A DNA stretch of 37,629 bases from Chamaesiphon sp. (GCA_026785875.1 JAJAZF010000203.1:1-37629), one strand, 5' to 3'. Positions 17,290 through 27,527 are shown, counted from the first letter of the stretch. Numbers and translations: made by a program. The notes: a model not told the origin generated them from the sequence alone.

Positions 17290-19515
17290 TTATGTATCCC
17301 CTATTACCTTGTCAAGTGTGAAGCTCAGGTGAGAGCCAAACTGACTATAGCGGCGGACAATTAACAGGGAAGAAACACAATGAATTGCTAACTTATTTGT
17401 GAAATTATCGAGGAGGGGTTTTCTACGTCCCCAAGTGCGCCCAATCCCTGTAATAGTGAGATCTACCCGACGGGAAATTTCCTCAATCTTGACGATTGGA
17501 TCGACAGCATCAAGTGTCGAAAGCTTAATTCTCGCACTTATCTGTGCTGGCAAATTTTCTATTAAACTAGTCAGTTCGGTACTAAGTGCGCCATTGAGAT
17601 TGGGCAAGGAGATTTGGATCAATTCCAACTGTCGATGGCGATCGTTCCAAAGCATTCTCAGGGCGATTTCTACGGCTAGATCGTCGTGATGATTGGCAGT
17701 GTAGGGAACTAATAAGGTTCGATAAGAGTGGGCAATGGAATCGTGATTCGCATCGATAAATACAGCCACATCAGCAGGGGTAGTTCCCAACATTTTAGCC
17801 ACTTTACCGCCTAAACGATTGTTCCTGAAAGTGGGGCGATGCCAGCCTAGTAGTACGAGATCGGCGCGATCGAGTGCGGCAATCACAGCGGTTTTCTGAG
17901 CCACATCATAGCCGATTTGGACGATCGGTTGGAATATCGTTGCTTCTCCGCTCGTTTCGGTGGCTACGCCTGTGGGTTCGATCGTCTCAATTAGGGCATT
18001 TAACTTTTCTAATCGTCGATCGATCAGGCGGTTTGCCTCAAACGGGGTACTTTGAAACAGATAGTCCTCTTCCAACTCGATCAGGCTCAAGGGGTTAACC
18101 ATCGACGACTGGCTGTCGTTTTGGGCGATCGATGTTGCTAGTTGCAACAGTCCTGTTTGAGTATTGGGATTAGCGACAGGAACCAGAATTCGATAGCCAA
18201 TAGGTGTTGGTATTGGCTTACTTTCAGAGTAAAGTTGCGCCGATGGAACCTCGTCATCAAATAACTCAGAGGGTTCTGGCTGGGAGTGAAGTCGGATCGA
18301 TTTTTTGGGATAAGTCCATTCCAGCAGTGGGGAAGTCATAAATGTAGTTACCAATGCCATAATTACTAACATCGTAAACAAGATCGGCGAAATCACTCCC
18401 AATTCCAAGCCAATATTCAAGACAATCAGCTCTGTCAATCCGCGCGTATTCATCAACCAACCCAGAGCTGAAGCTTCCTGTTTGTCGATATTGCAACTAC
18501 GGGCGGCATAATAAGTACCAAAGTATTTCCCGACGATCGCTACTCCCAAGATTGCCGCAGATAATAGCCACAGTTCGGGACTGTTTAACAGTCCGATTTG
18601 AGTCTTGAGACCACTATAGGCAAAGAAAACTGGTAATAAAAATATCAATACAAAATCTTCAGTTTTCTGAGCTATTTCCCTCACCAATCCTGGATTTTTT
18701 GGCATCGCGGCACCGAGTAAAAATGCCCCGAAAATTAAGTGAATCCCGATCGCTTCAGTAATTAGTGCCGAAGATACTACCGCCATATAAATTACTGCCA
18801 GTAGCAGTTGTGACAGCTTCCCAGTGCGATCGTAATAAGTAGATAGCAGATTGAGCATCCAGCGTCCTACAGTCAACATTGCCCCAATGTAGAGCATAGA
18901 ATAGATAATTATCGGTACGGCACCAGCCATACTATTTGTTCTAGTCACAGCAATTGCCACAGCGAGTAAGCACCAAGCTGTCACATCATCCACCGCCGCA
19001 CAAGTTAACGCCAGAGTACCCAATCGGGTATTTTGGAGATTGTTTTCAGTGATAATTCGCGCTAATACTGGAAATGCCGTAATTGACATCGCCGCACCGA
19101 TAAATAAAGCAAATGCGGTAAAGGAGACACTATCATTAGAAACGAGCGGGTAGATAACTAATGATAAAATTCCAGCGAGGGAGAAAGGGACTAAAATACT
19201 CACCCCCGATGTGACAACTGCTGTCTTGAGATTGCCACGTAAGTATTTTGGATCTAATTCCAACCCGATCAAAAACATGAAGAATATCAACCCAATCTGA
19301 GATAATACATTCAAAAAGGGAATGGCAGATACCGGAAATAACGCTCCGGCAATATCTGGAGCCAGCCAGCCTAATAATGATGGCCCTAAAGCAATACCCG
19401 CAACAATTTCACCGATAACTAAAGGTTGATTAATCGCTCTAAATGCCCAGCCAACTAATCGCGATCCACCAATCACAACCAGCACTTCAATCAAGATTAG
19501 GACTACTGTATTCAT
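17290..19515 (-). CDS. CPA2 cation:proton antiporter with USP-like C-terminal domain
   Basis: QPLVIGEIVAGIALGPS, SITAFPVLARI, AAVDD, MNTRGL; ILVPVANP tail. Confidence 0.93.
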   Translation of the reverse strand: MNTVVLILIEVLVVIGGSRLVGWAFRAINQPLVIGEIVAGIALGPSLLGWLAPDIAGALFPVSAIPFLNVLSQIGLIFFMFLIGLELDPKYLRGNLKTAVVTSGVSILVPFSLAGILSLVIYPLVSNDSVSFTAFALFIGAAMSITAFPVLARIITENNLQNTRLGTLALTCAAVDDVTAWCLLAVAIAVTRTNSMAGAVPIIIYSMLYIGAMLTVGRWMLNLLSTYYDRTGKLSQLLLAVIYMAVVSSALITEAIGIHLIFGAFLLGAAMPKNPGLVREIAQKTEDFVLIFLLPVFFAYSGLKTQIGLLNSPELWLLSAAILGVAIVGKYFGTYYAARSCNIDKQEASALGWLMNTRGLTELIVLNIGLELGVISPILFTMLVIMALVTTFMTSPLLEWTYPKKSIRLHSQPEPSELFDDEVPSAQLYSESKPIPTPIGYRILVPVANPNTQTGLLQLATSIAQNDSQSSMVNPLSLIELEEDYLFQSTPFEANRLIDRRLEKLNALIETIEPTGVATETSGEATIFQPIVQIGYDVAQKTAVIAALDRADLVLLGWHRPTFRNNRLGGKVAKMLGTTPADVAVFIDANHDSIAHSYRTLLVPYTANHHDDLAVEIALRMLWNDRHRQLELIQISLPNLNGALSTELTSLIENLPAQISARIKLSTLDAVDPIVKIEEISRRVDLTITGIGRTWGRRKPLLDNFTNKLAIHCVSSLLIVRRYSQFGSHLSFTLDKVIGDT

Positions 19516-19691
19516 AAGGGATTAGGGGTTAGGTTTGAGAGAGATTTCCGCTTCAATGTCTATTTATCCCAAAATTCACCATTAGCCATTAGATCGAACA
19601 CTAACTCGCTCACAGCTATAGTTGCCTGAATACTCCCGATTGTTGAATCGGGTTGTTCGAGCGTTTGTCGAACAACAGTAACATAGCTCCA

Positions 19692-20330
19692 TTACAGCCA
19701 AGCTGCCACTTCAGACCAGCCTAAACCCTCTCGAATCACTGCGGGGGGGTCGCTTGTCATATCCAATATTGTCGAGCCTTCTATCCCTGGTTCGGAGCCA
19801 TCATCGATGATAATATCGACCAATTTATCCAATCGATCGAATAATCTCGCTTTTTCTATTTCCATCGGCTCATCACCATCATCATCTTGAATATGTGCGG
19901 ATGCCGAAATTACTGGATTGCCTAAGTTCTCTAGCAAGATTTGACAGAGTGTGTGTTTGGGTACCCTGATTCCAGTAGTTTTGCGCTTGGGATCTTGGAC
20001 GAGTTTGGGGACGAGTTTAGTGGCTGGCAAAATAAATGTGTAAGTACCAGGAATCAAGTGTTTCATCAACCGATAGGCGGGATCGGAGACATTGGCATAT
20101 TCAGAAATATTTGATAAAGACTGACACAAAAAAGTCAAAGGTTTGTCATTAGACATCCGCTTGATCTGACGGACTCGATCGACTGCAATCTTCGATTTGA
20201 GATCGCAGCCGATCGCGTACACTGTATCTGTGGGATAGAGCATCACCGCACCATTGCTCAATGCCGCCACAATCTCATCAATCCGTCTTGTCTGCGGTGT
20301 CTGAGGATGAACTTCGTAGATAGTAGCCAT
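19692..20330 (-). CDS. Sua5/YciO/YrdC family protein (YciO-like threonylcarbamoyl-AMP synthase)
   Basis: YPTDTVYAIGC, PGTYTFIL and TGIRVP motifs. Confidence 0.92.
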   Translation of the reverse strand: MATIYEVHPQTPQTRRIDEIVAALSNGAVMLYPTDTVYAIGCDLKSKIAVDRVRQIKRMSNDKPLTFLCQSLSNISEYANVSDPAYRLMKHLIPGTYTFILPATKLVPKLVQDPKRKTTGIRVPKHTLCQILLENLGNPVISASAHIQDDDGDEPMEIEKARLFDRLDKLVDIIIDDGSEPGIEGSTILDMTSDPPAVIREGLGWSEVAAWL

Positions 20331-20337
20331 ATTTGAA

Positions 20338-20413
20338 TTGACAGTTGACAGTTAACAGCTCGCACTGAGCGACTTGCACTGAGCGAAGTCGAAGTGAGCC
20401 GAAGTGTTGACAG
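20338..20413. repeat. TTGACAG heptamer array containing a self-nested 24-nt element
   Basis: Three heptamers, outer element 20359-20372 plus 20397-20406, inner copy 20373-20396, fourth heptamer 20407-20413. Confidence 0.9.
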
Positions 20414-20597
20414 CGAGAGTAAATAGCGATCGATCTTACCTAGACTGTGTTGGAGCAGGTATCCGTGAATGCGATCGATCTTCTGCGTAGCAATTATTAG
20501 CCAAACAGTTGGATAATTAGATTATTAGCCGATATCTCTTCGATCGGGACTAATCGCAATTAATCGTTAAATCAGCAACCCAATTTCTAATTCTCAA

Positions 20598-21995
20598 ATG
20601 ATTAAAATCGCCTATTTAGAATGCCAAACTGGAATCGCTGGCGATATGTGTTTGGGTGCATTAGTTGATGCTGGCGTACCTGTAGCATATTTAAACGCGC
20701 AGCTCGATCGATTGGGCATTGCTACTGAGTATAAGCTCTGGGCAGAAAAAGTTCATCATAACGGGCAAATTGCCACCAAAGTACACGTAGATCTGACTGC
20801 GATTCATTCATCGATCGAGCATACCCACGAACATCCTCATCCAGTTGGCGTTGGTTCTGTTCCCGTGGAGGATCGACACAACCATGACCATGACCATCAT
20901 CCCACACCAGTTAACAGTGTAGCGAATTGGGACCATCATCATCGTCATCACGATGACCATCACCATCACCATCATTACGATACCCCTCAACGGAATCTCC
21001 CCCAAATCGAAAAGCTGATTAGTGCGGCAAATCTGCCCCCCAGAGCTACACAATGGAGTTTGGACGTTTTTCGTCAACTCGCGATCGCTGAGGGTGCAGT
21101 GCACGGTATCGACCCATCTGAGGTGCATTTTCATGAAGTCGGGGCTGTAGATGCGATCGTCGATATCGTCGGTACCTGTTTGGGCTTGGATTATCTAGAT
21201 ATTGCCAAAATCTACTGTTCGCCATTACCCACAGGTGGCGGGACAGTTCGGGCGGCGCATGGGATTTTGCCCGTACCCGTCCCTGCGGTGCTCAAATTAT
21301 TCTCATCCCGTCAGGTGCCAGTATATAGCAATGGGATCGATCGAGAGCTAGTCACGCCAACAGGTGCGGCGATTGCAGTCACTCTAGCAACTGAATTTGG
21401 CACACCTCCAGCGATGCAGCTCCAACAGATCGGCTTGGGTGCAGGAACGATCGAGTTACCCATTCCCAATATTTTACGGCTGTGGTTGGGCACTGAAACA
21501 ACATCGATAGCATCCTCACCCGTGCGCCTGGAATATCTAGAAACGATCGAAGTATTAACCACCCAAATCGACGATCTAAATCCTCAAGCGATCGGCTATA
21601 TTTTCGAGCTATTATTCACATCTGGGGCTGTCGATGTATTTACCCAACCAATCGGGATGAAAAAATCGCGATCGGGGATATTACTCACCGTTATTTGTCC
21701 AGGCGATCGATCTAGTGAATGCGAACAAATTATCTTTAAAGAGACGAGTACATTAGGCATCCGCCGCACTCAGCAAACTCGATCGATCCTCCCGAGAGCA
21801 ATGCAATCTGTCGTGACTAAATATGGAACGGTACGGATAAAAGTTGCGCGTAATAATTTAGTTAATGATAATTCGATCGTCAATGTTCAACCTGAATATG
21901 ATGACTGTGCGGCGATCGCCCAAGCATACCAAATACCGTGGAGAGAAGTTCATCAGTTAGTATTAATGACTTGGCACGATTTAGCTCGATCGTAA
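20598..21995 (+). CDS. larC: Nickel pincer cofactor biosynthesis protein LarC
   Basis: GIAGDM, His-rich insert, HFHEVGAVDAIVDI, TPTGAA, MKKSR, and PEYDD motifs. Confidence 0.93.
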   Translation: MIKIAYLECQTGIAGDMCLGALVDAGVPVAYLNAQLDRLGIATEYKLWAEKVHHNGQIATKVHVDLTAIHSSIEHTHEHPHPVGVGSVPVEDRHNHDHDHHPTPVNSVANWDHHHRHHDDHHHHHHYDTPQRNLPQIEKLISAANLPPRATQWSLDVFRQLAIAEGAVHGIDPSEVHFHEVGAVDAIVDIVGTCLGLDYLDIAKIYCSPLPTGGGTVRAAHGILPVPVPAVLKLFSSRQVPVYSNGIDRELVTPTGAAIAVTLATEFGTPPAMQLQQIGLGAGTIELPIPNILRLWLGTETTSIASSPVRLEYLETIEVLTTQIDDLNPQAIGYIFELLFTSGAVDVFTQPIGMKKSRSGILLTVICPGDRSSECEQIIFKETSTLGIRRTQQTRSILPRAMQSVVTKYGTVRIKVARNNLVNDNSIVNVQPEYDDCAAIAQAYQIPWREVHQLVLMTWHDLARS

Positions 21996-22238
21996 GTAAG
22001 GATTCTACTTTCGTATAATCTCTAATATTTGTGCCGTATTTTTAGAAGTCTTAATCGCAGTAACTAGAGATCTATCTTTTGATGGATGAAGTTATCGTCC
22101 TAAACATCAGAAACTTAGGCTAGATTAGACAGCTCAATACTTATCCAAATCTACTCCAGAAATTGGTTAGACTCAGCTAAATCCCGATTTTGAGCATCTA
22201 TAATGGTTAGCAGTGCAACATCAAGTGTAGAGTAAGTA

Positions 22239-24707
22239 GTGATTCAGGCAGAGACGTTAGAGTTATTAGAATGGTCGCGGTTGTGTCAGCAGGTAGCAAC
22301 ATTCGCAGCGACTAAGTTGGGAACAATTGCTGCGAGAAATTTAGTCATCCCCAAGCACATTAGTGTCAGTCTGAATCTACTGGCGCAGACGAAAGAGGTG
22401 TATGACTTAGAAACCCGCTTGACTGGTGGTTTGTCGCTCGACGGGATCGAAGATTTTGGGGACGCACTCGAACGCGCTGCGGTGCAAGGGATGTTGTCGG
22501 GGAAGGAGCTGCACGAGATTGCGACTACCTTGGCGGGAATGCGGAAACTCCGCCGGACGATCGAGAGTGCAGAAAATATCCCCGTGTTGCAGGGATTGGT
22601 AGCCGACGTGCGGACGTATCCTGAATTAGAGCAAGATATCTACCACTGTATCGACGATCGCGGTGATGTAACCGATCGATCGAGTGAGAAATTAGCCGAT
22701 GTGCGAGTCAAGCTCAAAGGACTGCGCGATCGGATCTACAAGCTACTCAATAGTTTGATCCAACGTCAAGCTAATGCGATCCAACAGCCATTAATTACCC
22801 AACGTAGCGATCGATTTGTCATCCCCGTCAAAGCTTCCCACAAAGATGCAATTCCTGGCGTAGTTCACGATACTTCTGGAAGTGGCTCGACGCTCTACAT
22901 CGAACCCCATCAGATCGTCAATCTCGGCAATCAACTGCGCCAACTCCAACGCCAGGAACAGCGGGAAATCGAACTAGTGCTGACGGCTCTCACCGCCAAG
23001 GTGACGGAAGTTGTAGACGATCTAGAACATCTGCTGGTAGTCGCTACGACGATCGATCTCGCCACAGCTAGAGCCAGATATAGTCTGTGGTTGGAAGCCA
23101 ATCCCCCCAGATTTATCGATCGAGCAGCAACTGAATATATTAACCTCCGCCAACTTCGCCACCCCTTACTACTGTGGAAACATCGTCACGAGGAAGGTGC
23201 TGAGGTTGTGCCGATCGACCTATCGATCCGTCCAGATATCCGCGTAGTGACCATCACAGGCCCCAATACAGGCGGTAAAACCGTCACCCTCAAAACTCTC
23301 GCGATCGTCGCTTTGATGGCAAAGGTGGGGCTATTTATCCCCGCTCGTGAGCCAGTCGAGATTCCCTGGTTCGACCTCATTCTCGCTGATATCGGCGACG
23401 AGCAATCGCTGCAACAAAGTCTGTCTACCTTTTCGGGACATATTCGCCGCATCGGGAGGATCTTGGATGCCATCGGCGAAGGAGAAACGGGGAACACGGA
23501 GCGGGTAGAAGGAGACGAAGACATCCCAATCCAAAATCCACAATCCACAATCCCAAATCTTTCCTCCCTAATTCTCCTAGATGAAGTCGGAGCCGGAACA
23601 GATCCTGCTGAGGGTAGCGCATTAGCGATCGCCCTATTGCAATATTTAGCCGATCGAGCGATGCTGACGATCGCCAGTACTCACTATGGCGAGTTAAAAG
23701 CTCTCAAATATCAAGACAGCAGATTTGAAAATGCTTCGGTCGAGTTTGATGATGTCAAACTTGCGCCGACTTATCGCTTATTATGGGGTATTCCTGGTCG
23801 CTCGAATGCCCTATCGATCGCTCAGAGATTGGGTTTAAATCCAGAAGTAATCGAGAATGCTAAATCTCAGGTAGTCTTGGGTGCAACTCAAGCAGTAAAT
23901 GAAACGATCGCGGGATTAGAAGCACAGCGACGCAGCCAGGAAACCAAAGCCAATCAAGCGGGGGCACTCCTGAGACAGGCAGAAGCCTTCTATCTAGAAG
24001 TTTCTCAAGCCGCCACTCAGTTGCAAGCGCGAGAACAGGAACTCAAACTAAATCAGGAACGCGCCATTCAAGCCGCAATTACTGGAGCCAAAGGTGAAAT
24101 CGCCCAGGTAATTCGCCAACTCCAGCAAGGGCCACAAACCGCTCAGGCTGCCCAGCAAGCCACCTCCGCCCTAGATGGACTAAATAATCGTCATTTACCA
24201 GCTAAATCGATCCCCAAGCCGCCTCCAGGCTTCAATCCGCAGGTTGGCGATCGCATCCGCATCCCTAAATTAGGACAAACTGCTGAAGTCCTCACCAAGG
24301 TAGATGATAGCGGCAATCTCAGTGTCAAATTCGGCATCATGAAAATGAATGTCGCTCTAGTTGATATCGAGTCATTGACAGGCGAAAAGGCTGCACCACC
24401 GCCGAAAAAATCCGCAGCTAAAGTTCCAGGTAAGGCTACTCCAGCGGCTGCCGTAGTCGCAATTCGGACATCTAAAAATACGGTAGATGTGCGGGGGCAA
24501 CGAGTGATGAATGCTGAAACTGAAATCGAACGCGCGATCGGTCAAGCATATCAATCGGGTATCATGTGGGTGATTCATGGCAAAGGTACTGGCAAACTCC
24601 GTGAAGGAGTCCAAGAATTTTTATCCCATCATCCCCAAGTCGATCGATTTGAATTGGCTGGTGAAAAAGATGGTGGCGGCGGTGTGACGATTGCTTATCT
24701 AAAATAG
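22239..24707 (+). CDS. mutS2: Endonuclease MutS2
   Basis: GPNTGGKT Walker A, LLDEVGAGTDP, and C-terminal Smr domain IHGKGTG. Confidence 0.96.
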   Translation: MIQAETLELLEWSRLCQQVATFAATKLGTIAARNLVIPKHISVSLNLLAQTKEVYDLETRLTGGLSLDGIEDFGDALERAAVQGMLSGKELHEIATTLAGMRKLRRTIESAENIPVLQGLVADVRTYPELEQDIYHCIDDRGDVTDRSSEKLADVRVKLKGLRDRIYKLLNSLIQRQANAIQQPLITQRSDRFVIPVKASHKDAIPGVVHDTSGSGSTLYIEPHQIVNLGNQLRQLQRQEQREIELVLTALTAKVTEVVDDLEHLLVVATTIDLATARARYSLWLEANPPRFIDRAATEYINLRQLRHPLLLWKHRHEEGAEVVPIDLSIRPDIRVVTITGPNTGGKTVTLKTLAIVALMAKVGLFIPAREPVEIPWFDLILADIGDEQSLQQSLSTFSGHIRRIGRILDAIGEGETGNTERVEGDEDIPIQNPQSTIPNLSSLILLDEVGAGTDPAEGSALAIALLQYLADRAMLTIASTHYGELKALKYQDSRFENASVEFDDVKLAPTYRLLWGIPGRSNALSIAQRLGLNPEVIENAKSQVVLGATQAVNETIAGLEAQRRSQETKANQAGALLRQAEAFYLEVSQAATQLQAREQELKLNQERAIQAAITGAKGEIAQVIRQLQQGPQTAQAAQQATSALDGLNNRHLPAKSIPKPPPGFNPQVGDRIRIPKLGQTAEVLTKVDDSGNLSVKFGIMKMNVALVDIESLTGEKAAPPPKKSAAKVPGKATPAAAVVAIRTSKNTVDVRGQRVMNAETEIERAIGQAYQSGIMWVIHGKGTGKLREGVQEFLSHHPQVDRFELAGEKDGGGGVTIAYLK
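23525..23559 (+). repeat. Five STRR-like heptamers (CMMAATC) inside mutS2
   Basis: CCCAATC CAAAATC CACAATC CACAATC CCAAATC. Confidence 0.8.
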
Positions 24708-24745
24708 CTTAGATTGTCTCACCATCTCAGCTCGGAGGAAAATAT

Positions 24746-25387
24746 ATGGTTTCTGTTGTGCCGATCTTAGCTCCATTGCTCGTAGGCGAACGACGGGTAG
24801 TTTTTAAAAATATTACTTGGCAGGGTTATCAGCAACTACGTGAGATTGTCGGCGAAAAACGTGCTGCTAAAATGATGTTCGATCGCGGAATTCTGGAAAT
24901 TACCATGCCTTTAGAAGAACACGAATTTTCAGGTCGTTTAATCGAACTTTTCGTGCGTATTTTAGTAGTAGAGTTAGGTTTGAAAATTAAGACGATGGGT
25001 TCGACAACTCTCGATCGAGCAGACTTAGATCGGGGCGCAGAACCAGATAATGCTTACTATATTCAAAATCAACCCCTCGTAGCTGGGCGCAAAGTAAATT
25101 TAGCGATCGATCCACCACCCGATCTGGTTGTAGAAGTAGATATCACCCATACTGACATCAACAAGCCAGCTCTCTATGCCAGTATGGGAGTACCGGAGTT
25201 TTGGCGATATGATGGACGAGAATGGCTGATTTATCAGCTTCAAGGCGATCGATATACAGAAGTATCTAACAGTCCAACTTTCCCAATTTGCTCGAAGCAA
25301 AAGCTCTATGAATTCTTAGCAGTCGCTCAATTAGATGAAGTGGAAGCTGAGGTTAATCTTCGCCAGTGGATAAAATCTCAGTGTTGA
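24746..25387 (+). CDS. Uma2-family endonuclease
   Basis: EPD...PPPDLVVEVD...GVPEFWRYDG. Confidence 0.93.
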   Translation: MVSVVPILAPLLVGERRVVFKNITWQGYQQLREIVGEKRAAKMMFDRGILEITMPLEEHEFSGRLIELFVRILVVELGLKIKTMGSTTLDRADLDRGAEPDNAYYIQNQPLVAGRKVNLAIDPPPDLVVEVDITHTDINKPALYASMGVPEFWRYDGREWLIYQLQGDRYTEVSNSPTFPICSKQKLYEFLAVAQLDEVEAEVNLRQWIKSQC

Positions 25388-25420
25388 GTATCCTAAAAAA
25401 GATAACTCGATCGCCTAATT

Positions 25421-26041
25421 ATGCCCAATTATACAGATCTGATGATTACAACTACCAAACCAACGATTAATGCTTTGTGTCAACCCACCTCAGCCGCTTG
25501 GCTCGAACAAGCTTTGGGGAATATCGATACCATTTTGCTCGATCACTCTCATTGCGAACGCAAAGCAGCAGGAACCGCTGTAAATATGATGTTCCGCTAT
25601 CCATCCAGCCAGAAATTAGTTCGTCAATTAACGGCAATTGCGCGAGAAGAGTTAGAGCATTTCGAGCAAGTCAATCAAATTCTCGAACAGCGCGGTATTC
25701 CCCTCGCACCGCTGAATGCGCCACCTTATGGGAAGGGATTGATGAGTCAGATCCGCACTCAAGAACCGCACCGAATGTTAGATTCACTGTTAATTTGTGG
25801 ATTGATTGAAGCGCGTTCTCACGAGCGATTGGGATTGCTCGGTACCCATCTCCCCGATCCGAAATTAGCCGCATTCTATCGGAGTTTGATGGCATCAGAA
25901 GCTCGTCACTTTGGGATCTATTGGTTACTTGCAGATACTTATTACGATCGATCGATCGTCCAATCCCGTCTCGCCGAACTCGCGATCGTTGAAAGTGAGT
26001 TACTCTCTACACTCTATCCCGAACCAAGAATTCACAGTTAA
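25421..26041 (+). CDS. miaE: tRNA-(ms2io6A) hydroxylase
   Basis: LLDHSHCERKAA, EELEHF, IEARSHER and SEARH di-iron motifs. Confidence 0.93.
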   Translation: MPNYTDLMITTTKPTINALCQPTSAAWLEQALGNIDTILLDHSHCERKAAGTAVNMMFRYPSSQKLVRQLTAIAREELEHFEQVNQILEQRGIPLAPLNAPPYGKGLMSQIRTQEPHRMLDSLLICGLIEARSHERLGLLGTHLPDPKLAAFYRSLMASEARHFGIYWLLADTYYDRSIVQSRLAELAIVESELLSTLYPEPRIHS

Positions 26042-26058
26042 GTTCGGAGTTAGGATTT

Positions 26059-26574
26059 ATGTTCAAACAATATCAACATTATACGATCCGCTCGTGGCAA
26101 CCTGAAGATCGGCTAGTTGCTGCAAAAGTAATCGAGATCGCCTTGGCTGAATATGGATTGGGTTGGGAGCCGACTGGCGCAGATCGAGATGTATTAGCAG
26201 TAGAGGAATATTATCTCGATCGCGGGGGTGAATTTTGGGTAGTTGAGGAACAGGGCGATATTGTTGGTACGAGTGCTTATTATCCCTGCTCGATCGACGC
26301 ATCTGAGCTAGATATTCGCGGCAAGAAAGCCGTAGAAATTCGGAAAATGTACTTGCACCCGAAAGCCAGAGGACAAGGCTTAGGCAAGTATTTATTAGGG
26401 CAATTAGAACAGGCGATCGTCGATCGAGGTTATCGAGAGATTCGGATTGAAACCGCTAGTATCCTCACAGCCGCCGTGAAACTATATGAGTCGAATGGTT
26501 ATCAACCGATCTCAGAAGTAGAGACATCTAGATGCGATCGAGCATATATTAAACAGTTGATAGTTGATAGTTGA
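26059..26574 (+). CDS. GNAT family N-acetyltransferase
   Basis: EIRKMYLHPKARGQGLG and AVKLYESNGY motifs. Confidence 0.92.
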   Translation: MFKQYQHYTIRSWQPEDRLVAAKVIEIALAEYGLGWEPTGADRDVLAVEEYYLDRGGEFWVVEEQGDIVGTSAYYPCSIDASELDIRGKKAVEIRKMYLHPKARGQGLGKYLLGQLEQAIVDRGYREIRIETASILTAAVKLYESNGYQPISEVETSRCDRAYIKQLIVDS

Positions 26575-26666
26575 TAGTTGATAGTTGATAGTTGATAGTT
26601 GATAGTTGATAGTTGATAGTTGATAGTTGATAGTTGATAGTTGATAGTTGATAGTTGATAGTTGAT
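26555..26666. repeat. Perfect tandem repeat (AGTTGAT)x16
   Basis: 112 nt with no mismatch; overlaps the GNAT stop codon. Confidence 0.95.
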
Positions 26667-26667
26667 A

Positions 26668-26688
26668 GTAGGGTGGGCACTGCCCACC
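26668..26688 (+). repeat. GTAG-type REP-like palindrome
   Basis: GTAG-GGTGGGCA-C-TGCCCACC. Confidence 0.8.
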
Positions 26689-26733
26689 AGATCGGGTTTA
26701 GGCGATTTTTATCTAATAAATATTTGCGCCCAG

Positions 26734-27447
26734 CTATTTAGTCAATACTAATATACCCATCATCCCACCTGCGATCGGGTAATGAGTTGCATGACTAAAT
26801 CCAGCCATCAGCCCTAATTTTATCTGTTCTGTACCATTAGGAAAACGGTCTAGACTAGGGTTTAGATACGCATACTCAGCCATCATGCCCAATTCGGTTG
26901 CTTTGGGGACAACGATCGCATCTAGATACCATTGTTGAAAGCGACGGATTAAATTATTGTCGGGACGATGGAAATCGAGAATCGCTACCTTAGCATCAGT
27001 TTTTAAAACTCGGTGCAACTCTTCTAGGCATTTAGGAATATCTGTGACATTCCGCAAGCCATAACCCATTGTCGCTGCATCAAAATAATTATCGGCAAAT
27101 GGTAAATCTAGTGCGTCGGCTTCTACCCAGTCAATTCGATTTAGTGGCGGATAAATATTAGCAATCCTTGCTGCGGCATTTTCTAGTTGCGCGGGGGCAA
27201 AATCAGCACCAATCACTGTCCCCGTAGTTCCGACTTGTTTTGCCATCAGTTGGGTGATATCGCCACTACCACAACAGATATCTAAGCAAGTATCTCCAGA
27301 TCTGGCTCCACTCCAGGATACTGTCATCTGTTTCCATACCCAATGAATACCCAAGCTCAGATCGTTATTCATGCGATCGTATACTGGTGCAATTCGATTA
27401 AAGATTGCTTGAATATCTGTTGATGTATAATTTGATTTAACTAACAT
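26734..27447 (-). CDS. menG: UbiE/MenG family demethylphylloquinol methyltransferase
   Basis: FNRIAPVYD, LDICCGSGD, GYGLRNV and ILDF motifs. Confidence 0.9.
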   Translation of the reverse strand: MLVKSNYTSTDIQAIFNRIAPVYDRMNNDLSLGIHWVWKQMTVSWSGARSGDTCLDICCGSGDITQLMAKQVGTTGTVIGADFAPAQLENAAARIANIYPPLNRIDWVEADALDLPFADNYFDAATMGYGLRNVTDIPKCLEELHRVLKTDAKVAILDFHRPDNNLIRRFQQWYLDAIVVPKATELGMMAEYAYLNPSLDRFPNGTEQIKLGLMAGFSHATHYPIAGGMMGILVLTK

Positions 27448-27527
27448 TAATAAGTATATATTAATAAGAATATTTTGATCTAAATTCAGTTATCTAGCAA
27501 TCCTAAAGCAGTTAGGTGAATGTAACT

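Noticed and set aside
24746-25387. Uma2 plus mutS2 as a novel defence pair
   Set aside because: Uma2 paralogs are abundant and scattered in cyanobacteria, so adjacency alone is uninformative
26555-26666. Possible CRISPR array
   Set aside because: Spacer-less 7-nt tandem repeat, and no cas genes in the window
26502-26687. ORF with YQLSTIN repeats
   Set aside because: Artefact of the heptamer array read on the minus strand
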